Assembly (NCBI GenBank): GCA_016202545.1
Contig: JACQON010000028.1
Coordinates: 56,476 to 120,475 of the forward strand
Source: Chloroflexota bacterium
Lineage (GTDB): Bacteria; Chloroflexota; Dehalococcoidia; Dehalococcoidales; JACQON01
DNA: 64,000 bases
Reading direction: 5' to 3'
How positions within the stretch are numbered: position 1 is the stretch's first letter; each line of letters opens with the position of its first letter. Positions 1 through 9,399 of the stretch are shown in pieces. The translations under genes and the position numbers were made by a program. Below the pieces are notes generated by a model that saw nothing but the letters and a program-made list of their open reading frames with translations, ran no database searches and was not told where the DNA came from.

Positions 1-41
1 AAGGTGAGATTAAAAACTTAAGCCCTGACGAAGGACACAGA

Positions 42-617
42 GTGGGCGAGGTTGTCGAAGCCAGCACCGCCGATTTCGTGGCGCAGTGCTACGAGCTTTA
101 CCAGTTGCCGCCTTTAGGCAGCCTGGTGAAGACCAGGGACCAGGAGGTAGAGCTGTATGGCGTGGTCTGTAATGCCACCACCGCTGGCCTGGAGCCCGGG
201 CGGCGCCCCATTGCCAGAGGCAGGGATGAGGCGACTGAAGAGGCGGTCTATCAGTCCAGCCCCCAGCTTATGAAGCTGCTGCGCAGCGAGTTCAGCGTCC
301 TGGTGGCGGCGCACAGGCAGGAGGGCAAGCTGTATCACTATCTCCCGCCAAAGCCGGCCCGGATTCATAGCTTTGTTTACCAGTGCCCCCCGGCTGAGGT
401 CAAGGAGCTCAGCCAGTCCCTTGACTTCCTCACCGTGCTGCTCAATGCCCGCCTGCCGGTCTCGCCCGAAGAGCTTATCGCCGCCTGCCTCCGTCACATG
501 GGCCAGGCGCAGGAGGACCGGCGCGCTTTCCTGGTGGCAGCCGGCAAAGAGCTAGCCGTCCTGCTCGGCGACGAGCCCAACAGGCTCAGGGCGGTGCTGG
601 GGAGGATTAAGCCGTGA
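42..617 (+). CDS. HAS-barrel-like protein, partner of the HerA ATPase
   Basis: N-terminal 'GEVVEAST..FVAQC...PPLGSLVK' beta-barrel-like pattern; overlaps the HerA start (translational coupling). Confidence 0.65.
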   Translation: MGEVVEASTADFVAQCYELYQLPPLGSLVKTRDQEVELYGVVCNATTAGLEPGRRPIARGRDEATEEAVYQSSPQLMKLLRSEFSVLVAAHRQEGKLYHYLPPKPARIHSFVYQCPPAEVKELSQSLDFLTVLLNARLPVSPEELIAACLRHMGQAQEDRRAFLVAAGKELAVLLGDEPNRLRAVLGRIKP

Positions 618-2245
618 CTCAAGAAGATAACCGGCTGGGGATTGTCGTCTCCGGCTCGCTGAGCAAGGGCATAGAGGTCAGGCTGGACGGCGCGGCCTCG
701 GTTGAGGATGTGGTGGTGGGGCGGTATGTGACCATGGAAGGGCAGAGACGGCGCTTCTTCGGCATGATAACCGATGTCGGCCTGGGGGTGACCGACCAGA
801 GGCTCGCCCTGAACCCGCCTGACGTTTCCGACCCCTTTGTCGCCCAGGTGCTGGCCGGCACCAGCACCTATGGCATCTTCCACGTCACCCCTTATCTCAC
901 CATCGGCGGCGACGTCGCCAGCCTGCTCGAAGGGCCGCAGCCGGTAAAAACTGTTCCCAGCCATTTCTCCGCGGTAAATCTGGCCTCAGACCAGGATATA
1001 GAGCTGGTATTCGGCAAGGAAGACAGCGAGAGGTTCTGGATTGGCAACCCCCTGGACATGGAGACCAAGATTTGCCTCAACCTGGAGGAGCTTGTCAAGC
1101 GCTCCAACGGCATCTTCGGCAAGAGCGGCACGGGCAAGACCTTCCTCACCAGGATACTGCTCTGCGGCATGCTGCAGAAGAGCAAGGCGGTGAACCTGGT
1201 CTTCGATATGCACAACGAGTACGGCTGGGCGGGCACCAGGGAAGGCGGTCCACCGGTCAAGGCGCTGAAGCAGCTTTTCCAGTCGAAAGTGGCCATATTC
1301 ACCCTGGACGAGGCCAACTCACGGCGGCGGGGGGTCAGCACCGACTTCGTGGTCAGGATTGGCTATGACGAGATTGAGCCGGAGGACATGGCGTTGCTCC
1401 GCCAGACTCTGAATCTCACCGAGCTTGCCATCGGGGCCGTTTACGAGCTGCACCGCAAGTTTGGCCGCGACTGGCTTCAGGCCGCTCTTGACCTGAAGGA
1501 CTCCGACGAGACTGGGGCGCTGCTGGAGGAGCTAAAGATACACGAGAGCACCTTTCAGAACCTGAAGCGCGGGCTGGCCAATATCCGGCGGCTGCCTTTC
1601 ATCGAGCCGCATGCCCCGGACGACGTGGTCAACCGCATCCTCGACCACCTTGACCGGGGCATAAATGTGGTGCTGGAGTTTGGCAGGTACAGAGATGTTA
1701 CCGCCTATGTCCTGGTGGCCAATATGCTCACCCGCCGCATATACGCCCAGTACCAGGCGAGGACGGAAAAGGCGGATGCTGACGGCAGCGCCAAGCCTCA
1801 GCCACTGGTCATCACCATTGAAGAGGCGCACAAGTTCCTCAATTCTGAGGTAGCCGGACAGACCACCTTTGGCATGATTGCCCGCGAGATGCGCAAGTAT
1901 AACGTCACCCTGCTGGTGATTGACCAGCGCCCCAGTGGCATCGACGAGGAGGTCATGTCCCAGCTCGGGACGAAGATAACCTGTCTCCTGGACAACGAGC
2001 GGGACATTGATAGCGTGCTGGCCGGTGTATCGGGCCGGAGCGAGCTTAAAGCGGTGCTGGCCAAGCTGTCATCCCGGCAGCAGGCGCTTATCTTCGGCCA
2101 CGCCGTGCCCATGCCGGTGGCGTTCCAGCCGCGGGAGTACGGCTCAGCCGCATCCTACAGCGAGTTTTCCGGAAGCGCTCTCGAAGCCGGGAAGCAGGCG
2201 GAAAAGGACATTGAAGAGCTATGGGGTGACTCAGGCGCCAGCTAG
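614..2245 (+). CDS. herA: HerA/FtsK-family ATPase (DUF87 type) with N-terminal HAS barrel
   Basis: Walker A GKSGTGKT, 'VFDMHNEY', Walker B 'ITIEEAHKF', 'AREMRKY', 'DQRPS'. Confidence 0.85.
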   Translation: MTQEDNRLGIVVSGSLSKGIEVRLDGAASVEDVVVGRYVTMEGQRRRFFGMITDVGLGVTDQRLALNPPDVSDPFVAQVLAGTSTYGIFHVTPYLTIGGDVASLLEGPQPVKTVPSHFSAVNLASDQDIELVFGKEDSERFWIGNPLDMETKICLNLEELVKRSNGIFGKSGTGKTFLTRILLCGMLQKSKAVNLVFDMHNEYGWAGTREGGPPVKALKQLFQSKVAIFTLDEANSRRRGVSTDFVVRIGYDEIEPEDMALLRQTLNLTELAIGAVYELHRKFGRDWLQAALDLKDSDETGALLEELKIHESTFQNLKRGLANIRRLPFIEPHAPDDVVNRILDHLDRGINVVLEFGRYRDVTAYVLVANMLTRRIYAQYQARTEKADADGSAKPQPLVITIEEAHKFLNSEVAGQTTFGMIAREMRKYNVTLLVIDQRPSGIDEEVMSQLGTKITCLLDNERDIDSVLAGVSGRSELKAVLAKLSSRQQALIFGHAVPMPVAFQPREYGSAASYSEFSGSALEAGKQAEKDIEELWGDSGAS

Positions 2246-2537
2246 GCCAAAGGTGGGGCTGGCCCATATCGGTGTGCTGCAAGTCCTGGAAAGGGAAGGC
2301 ATTCCCATCGATATGATTGCCGGCGCCAGCAGCGAGCTACTCCTGGACTTGACACGAAAGCGGCTGGTCCCTTTGATTGACCTGGCTCTGCCCAGGACCG
2401 GTTTCATCGCTGGAAGGAAGCTGATGGAGCTGCTTGCGGACGGTTGTCCGGGACGATACGCCCATGAGTGCATCTTGCAGGGGGAAATCGCCGCTCAAAG
2501 CGCCATCCCCGAGATAAAAAGGCGGCTAGCTCTTTGA
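2226..2537 (+). pseudogene. Internally deleted patatin-like phospholipase remnant
   Basis: 'KVGLAHIGVLQVLEREGIPIDMIAG' is the patatin N-terminus without the GGGxxG loop; about 100 aa versus about 300 expected. Confidence 0.7.
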
Positions 2538-3503
2538 GCTCATGACGAAGGTCGTTCTGGCCCGCTCTTTGAGCGTCATTTCCTGGACTTCCACCTGCGG
2601 CAGCAGCATTTCCACATCGGTGCGGCGGCCCAGTTCGGTGCCGGGCGTCATCACCGCCGCCGAGCCCATGGCCACTGCCAGCCGGCAGGCTTCCGCCAGC
2701 GACTCTCCGTCAGCCAGCTTCAGGACCAGGCCGGCCACGGCGCTATCGCCAGCGCCTACGTCGCTGAGCACCCCTACCGGAGGCGAGACTGCCTTCACAA
2801 TACGTTCCTTGCTGGCGGCGATGATTCCGTCTTTGCCTCTGGAGATGGCGGCTATCTCGATACCCATGTCCAGCATGTCGAGCGCTGCCCGGATGATGTC
2901 CTCTTCGGTAGGTAGTGCCCTGCCGAACAAGCCTTCCGCTTCCCGGATATTGGGTTTGACCAGGTAAGGCCTGGCCTTTATGCCCTTCTTCAACCACTGG
3001 CCTTCGGCATCCAGGGCGGTCTTTATACCGTGTTCCCTGGCTTCAGCGATAAGGGTGTAATATATGTGGGCGGAAAGGCCGGGCGGTACGCTGCCGCTGG
3101 CCACCATAAAAGCTGGCGGGGGGCTGATTTTCCTTATCTTATTGAGAAACCTTTCCAGCTCACTCTGCGAGATACGTGGGCCGGGGGCGCCGATTCTCGT
3201 CTGCTGTGATGTGCTGGCGTCAGTGATGATGAAGTTGGAGCGGGTTTCGCGCCCAACGGGGGTGAAGCTGTAGGGCACGCCGTCTTCATCGAGCAGTATT
3301 TCCATGGTTCTGCCAGCCGCGCCGCCGATGAACCCGTAAGCCATAGTGGTGCCGCCCATCTCGTAAACGGCCCGCGACACGTCTATGCCTTTCCCTCCCG
3401 CATACACGTGCCGTTGAGTCCATCGGTTAGTCCCGCCTACTACCAGCTTGTGTACGGTAATATGCTCATCGAGGCTGGGGTTAAGGGTGATGGTGGCAAT
3501 CAT
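2526..3503 (-). CDS. 1-phosphofructokinase-family (PfkB) carbohydrate kinase
   Basis: 'TITLNPSLD', 'GGKGIDVS', 'VKPN..E', 'VGAGDS' motifs. Confidence 0.9.
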   Translation of the reverse strand: MIATITLNPSLDEHITVHKLVVGGTNRWTQRHVYAGGKGIDVSRAVYEMGGTTMAYGFIGGAAGRTMEILLDEDGVPYSFTPVGRETRSNFIITDASTSQQTRIGAPGPRISQSELERFLNKIRKISPPPAFMVASGSVPPGLSAHIYYTLIAEAREHGIKTALDAEGQWLKKGIKARPYLVKPNIREAEGLFGRALPTEEDIIRAALDMLDMGIEIAAISRGKDGIIAASKERIVKAVSPPVGVLSDVGAGDSAVAGLVLKLADGESLAEACRLAVAMGSAAVMTPGTELGRRTDVEMLLPQVEVQEMTLKERARTTFVMSSKS

Positions 3504-3595
3504 ACCAGCTTACCTGCGCTCAGCTTTATCATGGTTTTCCTCCTCGGGAATTATAAGGCAGAGGGCAGTTCTTAATCAAGCTCCGTGCCTGAGGG

Positions 3596-3624
3596 TTGAC
3601 AATCAAGGGGTTTGGGTCTATCAT
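3596..3624 (+). promoter_or_regulatory. Putative sigma70 promoter of the stress cluster
   Basis: TTGACA-17 bp-TATCAT. Confidence 0.5.
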
Positions 3625-3922
3625 AATATTTACGGCAGCTTGTTCCAGCACGTTACAAACTTCATATGTCAATAGCCCGGTTGAGCCGGTGATGACCAGC
3701 GCGCCGCATGATGAGGATAGGCTTCATAGCGTAGATACTGCGGCGGTGGATTTCAGGGTCGGGGGAATCGTGTTGCAGGTGGATTCCGTCTTGGCCGGCA
3801 CTGGTACTACAGATTAGCATCATTGGCCGTATTGCCGAGTAGGGTCTTTAAAGGGTGCCAGCCAAAACATAGGCTGGCATCCGTTCTTTGGAAAGGGATA
3901 CAGGTTGCCTTAGGAGAGTGCG

Positions 3923-4453
3923 ATGGTAACTGAACAGGACAGGATTTTGGCAGCGCTTCGCGTTGCTATCGAGATGGAAACGGAGGGCAGGGAATGCTAC
4001 CTGCAGGCCAGCCAGGAAAGCGGAAATGAGCTGGGCAGGAAACTGCTGCAGTCGCTGGCCTATGAGGAAGACCTCCATCAGAAGAAGTTTGAGGAGATAT
4101 ATAGGGCTATCAGCGGCAAAGAGGCGTGGCCCAAGGTTGAGTTCCGCCCTGACGCGGGTAAGGGGCTCAGAGACCTGTTCGACCGGACGTGTCATGCGAT
4201 AGGTATCAACATAAAGCCGGAGACTACTGAGTTGGACGCTGTACAAACGGCGATTGGCAAGGAAGGCAAGAGCTATGATTTCTACAAGCGCCAGAGCAAA
4301 AACGCGGTCTATGAGGCGGAGAGGGAGTTCTACGAGGCGCTGGCCGCTGAGGAAAGGGAGCATGAGCTGGTTCTCCTGGATTATTACGAGTATTTCACCG
4401 ACCCGGTAGGGTGGTTCGTCAAGAAAGAGCGTTCTGCCGTGGATGGGGGCTGA
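3923..4453 (+). CDS. Ferritin-like / rubrerythrin-family diiron protein
   Basis: Repeated 'AI..E..G...Y' and 'LA.EE..H' helices. Confidence 0.85.
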   Translation: MVTEQDRILAALRVAIEMETEGRECYLQASQESGNELGRKLLQSLAYEEDLHQKKFEEIYRAISGKEAWPKVEFRPDAGKGLRDLFDRTCHAIGINIKPETTELDAVQTAIGKEGKSYDFYKRQSKNAVYEAEREFYEALAAEEREHELVLLDYYEYFTDPVGWFVKKERSAVDGG

Positions 4454-4497
4454 GCTAACGCTGGCCCATCTGTGTGAAAATACGTCAGGAGTGAAGA

Positions 4498-5187
4498 GTG
4501 GACCACAGGGCTTTGCATAAGCTGAGCTACGGCCTGTACATCATAGGCTCAAGGAAGGATGACAGGCTTAATGCGCAGGTTGCCAACACTGTGTTCCAGG
4601 TTACCGCTGAGCCGCCCGTGATTGCCGTCAGCATCAACAAAGGCAACCTGACTCATGAGTTTATCACCGCCAGCGGTGTGTTCAGCGCCTCTACTTTGTG
4701 CTCTGATACGCCTCTCTCCTTTATTGGCAATTTCGGCTTCAAGTCAGGCCGGGAGATGAATAAGCTTGACGGGATTGCCTATAAAATAGGCGAGACAGGG
4801 GCTCCGGTGATTACGGAGAATGCCGTGGCTTATCTGGAAGCCAGGGTAATCCAGCAGGTGGATGTGGGAACTCACACCCTCTTCATTGGAGAGGTGGTCA
4901 GCGCTGAGGTGATGAGTGAAAAGGCATGCATGACCTATGATTACTACCGCCAGGTTAAGCGGGGCACTGCTCCTGCGGCAGCCCCCAGCTATACTGCGGA
5001 GGAAAGAAAAGCGGGGCCCAGGATGGCAAAATATCGGTGCACCGTGTGCGGCTACATCTATGACACGGAGATGGGCGACCCTGAGAGCAATATAAAGCCG
5101 GGGACGCCGTTTGAGCAACTGCCTGACGACTGGACGTGTCCGGTCTGCGGGGCGAGCAAGGGCCAGTTTGAAAAGATGGAGGAGTGA
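4498..5187 (+). CDS. hrb: Flavin reductase-rubredoxin fusion (high-molecular-weight rubredoxin)
   Basis: Flavin reductase 'GTHTLFIG' plus C-terminal CTVC...CPVC rubredoxin domain. Confidence 0.88.
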   Translation: MDHRALHKLSYGLYIIGSRKDDRLNAQVANTVFQVTAEPPVIAVSINKGNLTHEFITASGVFSASTLCSDTPLSFIGNFGFKSGREMNKLDGIAYKIGETGAPVITENAVAYLEARVIQQVDVGTHTLFIGEVVSAEVMSEKACMTYDYYRQVKRGTAPAAAPSYTAEERKAGPRMAKYRCTVCGYIYDTEMGDPESNIKPGTPFEQLPDDWTCPVCGASKGQFEKMEE

Positions 5188-5304
5188 ATGCGGGCGCTTT
5201 CTTGGCGCTGACAGGTTGGCGGATGTCAGCAAGGCGAGAGACCGCCGAAGTACGAGGGAACTGGCGGGGAGGAAGACCGGCGGAACGGCGAGGAGGAAAG
5301 CGAG

Positions 5305-6489
5305 ATGATACCAAGGGAGATAAGACCCACTGTCTACTCTGTAGGGGCCGTTGATTGGGAGAGACGGCTGTTCGATGCCATCGTCCCGCTTCCTGATGGC
5401 ACGAGCTATAATTGCTACCTGGTTAAGGGGAGCAACGGGACGGCTCTTATTGATACCGTGGACCCGAGCAAGGAAGACGTGCTGATAGATAACCTGAATC
5501 ACCTCGGGATTGAGGATTTGGACTATGTGGTGGCCAATCATGCCGAGCAAGACCATTCCGGTACCCTGCACAGGATTCTTGAAAGATACCCCCGTGCAAG
5601 AATCGTGAGTACACCCAAGTGTAAGGGGATGCTCCTCGACCTGCTCACGCTTCCAGAGGGACGCATTACGACAGTGAACGATAAAGAGACCGTTTCGCTG
5701 GGAGATAGAACTCTGGAGTTTATCTATACCCCGTGGGTCCACTGGCCGGAGACAATGTGCACTTATTTAAAGGAGGAAAGGATACTTTTCTCCTGTGATT
5801 TCTTCGGGGCGCACCTTGGCACCAGCGACCTGTATGTTACTGATGAAGGGCGGGCTTATGAGGCGGCTAAACGCTACTATGCGGAAATCATGATGCCCTA
5901 CCGGACGAATATCCAGAAAGACCTGGAGAAACTAAAAGACTACTCCATTGACATCATCGCCACCAGCCACGGGCCTATCTATGACAAGCCAGAGTTTATC
6001 TTGAAAGCCTATCATAGCTGGGTATTTGACGAGCCGGGAAACATCGTGGTGTTGCCCTATGTCTCGATGCACGGCAGCACTCGCAGGATGGTTGAGTATC
6101 TCACCGATGCCCTGGTCCAGAGAGGCGTCACCGTAAAGCAGTTCGACCTCACCAGGACCGACATTGGCAAGCTGGCCATCGCCCTGGTGGACGCAGCTAC
6201 CATTGTCATCGGAGCGCCTACCATGCTCGCCAGCGCCCATCCAAATACCGTTCCCGCTGCCTTCCTGGCCAATATCCTGAGACCTAAACTGAAGTTTGCC
6301 TCTATCATCGGCTCCTATGGTTGGGGGGGTAGAGCTGTTGAGCAGCTCACCGGTCTGCTCTCCGGCCTGAAGCTAGAGCTACTGGAGCCGGTGATTTGCC
6401 GGGGCTTTCCCAAGGGCGAAGATTTCGAGGCCCTGGACCGCCTGGCTGAGGCTATTGCCCAAAAACATAAAGAGAGCCAGTTCGTCTAG
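5305..6489 (+). CDS. fprA: Flavodiiron protein (FprA/NorV family)
   Basis: 'NHAEQDHSG', 'HWPET', 'SCDFFG', flavodoxin 'SMHGST' and 'GSYGW'. Confidence 0.92.
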   Translation: MIPREIRPTVYSVGAVDWERRLFDAIVPLPDGTSYNCYLVKGSNGTALIDTVDPSKEDVLIDNLNHLGIEDLDYVVANHAEQDHSGTLHRILERYPRARIVSTPKCKGMLLDLLTLPEGRITTVNDKETVSLGDRTLEFIYTPWVHWPETMCTYLKEERILFSCDFFGAHLGTSDLYVTDEGRAYEAAKRYYAEIMMPYRTNIQKDLEKLKDYSIDIIATSHGPIYDKPEFILKAYHSWVFDEPGNIVVLPYVSMHGSTRRMVEYLTDALVQRGVTVKQFDLTRTDIGKLAIALVDAATIVIGAPTMLASAHPNTVPAAFLANILRPKLKFASIIGSYGWGGRAVEQLTGLLSGLKLELLEPVICRGFPKGEDFEALDRLAEAIAQKHKESQFV

Positions 6490-6623
6490 CGCCCTTGCTG
6501 AGGCGGCAGAACGGCGCAGGGTGTTAAGACAGAAAGGAGGTGATAGACAGGGTTAGAAACAGTTCCTCGTTCAGACATCGTATTCAAGTTCAACCTATTA
6601 AAGTATAAGCGGAGGTATAGAAA

Positions 6624-7070
6624 ATGGCAGAGAAAAGAGCGGCAGCTACCAAGGTATCAAAGGCCTTACTGGACTTACTGAATCAGTCAATAGCCAGGGA
6701 AGTACAGGTCTCCATACAGTACATGTGGCAGCACGTCCAGTGGAGCGGGGTCAAAGGATTTGCCGTTCAGGGCGAGCTTAAGTCGATAGCCATGGCTGAA
6801 ATGAAGCACGCCGAGGCCATCGCCGAGAGGCTTTACTATCTGGGTGGAATACCGACTACCAAGCCTACGCCTATCTTCGTCGGTGAGACTCTTAAACAAA
6901 TGATAGAGCAGGATGTAAAGGACGAAGAGGGCGCCATTAAGCTTTACAAGCAGGTGGTAGAGCTGGCGCGGAAAGAGGGTGACGAGACTACCAACAGGCT
7001 GTTCAGGCAAATCTTGCAGGACGAAGAAGGCCATCACGATACCTTCACCACCCTGCTGGAGGAAATATAA
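6624..7070 (+). CDS. Bacterioferritin/DPSL-like ferritin protein
   Basis: 'ARE...QY..QH', 'EMKHAE', 'DEEGH' ferroxidase ligands. Confidence 0.82.
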   Translation: MAEKRAAATKVSKALLDLLNQSIAREVQVSIQYMWQHVQWSGVKGFAVQGELKSIAMAEMKHAEAIAERLYYLGGIPTTKPTPIFVGETLKQMIEQDVKDEEGAIKLYKQVVELARKEGDETTNRLFRQILQDEEGHHDTFTTLLEEI

Positions 7071-7135
7071 GGACTGCCGGATGACAGAGGGCGAACCGCC
7101 TTTTGCCGGGGCAGGAAAAGCGAAGGAGGTGCACG

Positions 7136-7708
7136 GTGACTTACGCTGCTAAAGATTATAGCCGTCTTATCGGTATGGAGGGTTTCAGCGAGACCTTGCT
7201 TAAGAACCACTTTACCCTTTATCAGGGGTATGTGACCAATACCAACAAGCTGAGCGACCTTTTGGCCGGCAAGGCCAAGGATGCCGCCAACCCGGAATTC
7301 GCTGAGCTGAAGCGGCGGTTCGGCTTTGAGTTCAACGGCATGCGACTCCATGAGTACTATTTTGAAAATCTGGGCGGGAAAACACCTCTCAACAGGTCAG
7401 GCAGCCTGGCCAAAAAGCTGGCCGATGCCTACGGCAGCTATGATGCCTGGGAGCAGGATTTCAGGGCCACCGGCGCCATGCGGGGCATTGGCTGGGCGGT
7501 ACTTTACCGGGATAACGTGACCGGCAGCCTGTTCAACCAGTGGATTAACGAGCACGAGATAGGGCATCTTGCCGGCTGCGCGCCAGTCCTGGTGATGGAT
7601 GTCTTTGAGCATGCCTTCATGACCGATTACGGGCTGAAACGGGCAGACTATATAGCTGCCTTCTTTAAGAACATCAACTGGAGCGCCGTGGAAGTCCGCT
7701 TAAAGTAG
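7136..7708 (+). CDS. Fe/Mn superoxide dismutase (ChrC-like)
   Basis: 'HFTLYQGYV', 'LHEYYFEN', 'MDVFEHAF'; GTG start after AGGAGG. Confidence 0.88.
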   Translation: MTYAAKDYSRLIGMEGFSETLLKNHFTLYQGYVTNTNKLSDLLAGKAKDAANPEFAELKRRFGFEFNGMRLHEYYFENLGGKTPLNRSGSLAKKLADAYGSYDAWEQDFRATGAMRGIGWAVLYRDNVTGSLFNQWINEHEIGHLAGCAPVLVMDVFEHAFMTDYGLKRADYIAAFFKNINWSAVEVRLK

Positions 7709-7803
7709 GGACGGCGGACTGGACTGGCGCGGCGATTTGTCATGTCCCGGTGGCATCACCAGCCTTGATGACCGGGTAGCGTACCTGAAAAGGAGGTGGT
7801 CAC

Positions 7804-8238
7804 ATGGCTTTCGGGCATGGTCCCCAGATGCCGGCGGGCGCAGCCAGGTGGCTGGCCGGTGGGGCTACGGTGGTCTTGACCTTGCTTGTAATCTTCGGCG
7901 CGGCGTGTCAACCTTATGGGGCGCCGTCTCCCACGGCTACGCACACACCCGCGCCGTCTTCAACTGCACCACAACCCACACCCGGCCAGGCTCCCGTTGA
8001 GGTGGAGATTTCCGGCTTTGCCTTCGTTCCGGCAACTATTACCGTGGCTGTAGGTTCAACTGTCACCTGGACTAACCAGGACTCCGTTCCTCATACCGTT
8101 ACCAGCGATGCCGGCATTTTTGATAGCGTGAGGCTAGGGCGCGATGGTTCCTTTAGCTATTCTTTTGCTGAGCGTGGCACCTTCAGCTACCACTGCGCCG
8201 TCCACCCCTACATGAAGGCCAAGGTCGTTGTGGAGTAA
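7804..8238 (+). CDS. Cupredoxin (plastocyanin/amicyanin-like) lipoprotein
   Basis: Hydrophobic segment with lipobox-like GAAC, Pro/Thr linker, type-1 Cu ligands 'PHTV...YHCAVHPYM'. Confidence 0.85.
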   Translation: MAFGHGPQMPAGAARWLAGGATVVLTLLVIFGAACQPYGAPSPTATHTPAPSSTAPQPTPGQAPVEVEISGFAFVPATITVAVGSTVTWTNQDSVPHTVTSDAGIFDSVRLGRDGSFSYSFAERGTFSYHCAVHPYMKAKVVVE

Positions 8239-8283
8239 GTGGCGGATTGAAGCTAGCATGGTATAGAGATAAGGAGGAGAAAG

Positions 8284-8580
8284 ATGACCAGGGAAGTAGG
8301 GCTGATGGTCAATGACAAGACTGTGCCAGCCGATTATTTTGTCCAGGGGTTCATTGACCATGTCGTCAGCAGTATGATAGAGGCTCTTGAGGGTGTGTGC
8401 GAAATTAAAAGCGTGGCCCTTTCCGCCGAAGGAGAAAAGGTGACCATCAACATGAATGGCGCCGAACTTGACATAAACCCCTTCGTCGCCAGGATTGTCC
8501 GCAGCACTGTTACCGGCATGGTCTCTCCATTGAAGGGAGTAGGCGAAATAAGAAAAGTTAACATCTCCATCAAAAGGTGA
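8284..8580 (+). CDS. Small protein made of two repeats resembling the MobB C-terminal domain
   Basis: 'DYFVQGFI..VVSSMIEALEGV' and 'NPFVARIV..TVTGMVSPLKGV'; strong RBS. Confidence 0.6.
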   Translation: MTREVGLMVNDKTVPADYFVQGFIDHVVSSMIEALEGVCEIKSVALSAEGEKVTINMNGAELDINPFVARIVRSTVTGMVSPLKGVGEIRKVNISIKR

Positions 8581-9116
8581 CCATCGAGATGACCGGCCTC
8601 CATGAGGGGCGCTTTGGGCCGGCGCAGTTTCTGGTGGAGAACGTGTCGCTGCTGCCGAAGGGGCGGGTCCTGGATGTGGCCATGGGCGCCGGGAGAAATG
8701 CCATCTATCTTGCCAGGCTGGGGTTTGAGGTGGAAGGTGTTGATATTTCCCCGGAGGCGGTAAACACTGCCCTGGAGCTGGCGCGGCAGGCTGGAGTCAT
8801 CATAAAGGCACAGGTTGCTGACCTGGAGCGTGCCTATTCCATCGAGAAGGGCGCCTATGATGTGGTTATCTGTTTCAACTACCTGCAGCGCTCCCTCATA
8901 TCGCAAATCAAGGACGGGCTGCGAAAAGGCGGCATGGTCGTTTATGAGACCTTCATAGTTGACCAGGAGCAGTTCGGCAAGCCCAAGAACCCAGACTATC
9001 TGCTAAAGCACAACGAACTTCTCGACATGTTCCGCGGTTTCCGCTGCCTTCGCTATCGCGAGGGAATCATGGAAGGCCCGGTGGCTGTGGCCAGCATAGT
9101 GGCCTGCAAGTTATAG
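8577..9116 (+). CDS. Class I SAM-dependent methyltransferase (TehB-like)
   Basis: 'VLDVAMGAGRNAIYLA', 'LRKGG'. Confidence 0.85.
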   Translation: MTIEMTGLHEGRFGPAQFLVENVSLLPKGRVLDVAMGAGRNAIYLARLGFEVEGVDISPEAVNTALELARQAGVIIKAQVADLERAYSIEKGAYDVVICFNYLQRSLISQIKDGLRKGGMVVYETFIVDQEQFGKPKNPDYLLKHNELLDMFRGFRCLRYREGIMEGPVAVASIVACKL

Positions 9117-9149
9117 TCAGGCAGTCGGCAAGGAGATGGAAGTCGGGAA

Positions 9150-9359
9150 GTGGGCGAGGAAGTATCCCGTAAGTCAGCCTTCGAGTCCATGCAGGCAAAA
9201 GGATGGACTCCGGCCGATGCCGGCTGTCATCCCCTGGTCATACTTCAGGGGAAGAGGCTCGACGCCTACAGCTTAGCCGTGCTGCTGGGGACGAAGAACA
9301 AGGTTGGCGCTGGCTATTTCCAGGTATTCTTGCGGGATGCCCCTGGCGAAGTAGAATAG
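9150..9359 (+). pseudogene. Short ORF, possibly a truncated gene fragment (recalls the DUF1122 N-terminus)
   Basis: Protein-like 69 aa that ends abruptly before the convergent ATPase; family resemblance from memory only. Confidence 0.3.
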
Positions 9360-9399
9360 TCACCTATTTACCTGACGATACATTGGAACACCGCCGCGG

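Noticed and set aside
42-2245. HerA as an anti-phage system (Sir2-HerA type)
   Set aside because: No effector gene visible, composition is host-like, and the arrangement fits the housekeeping NurA-HerA repair locus; the upstream gene is outside the window
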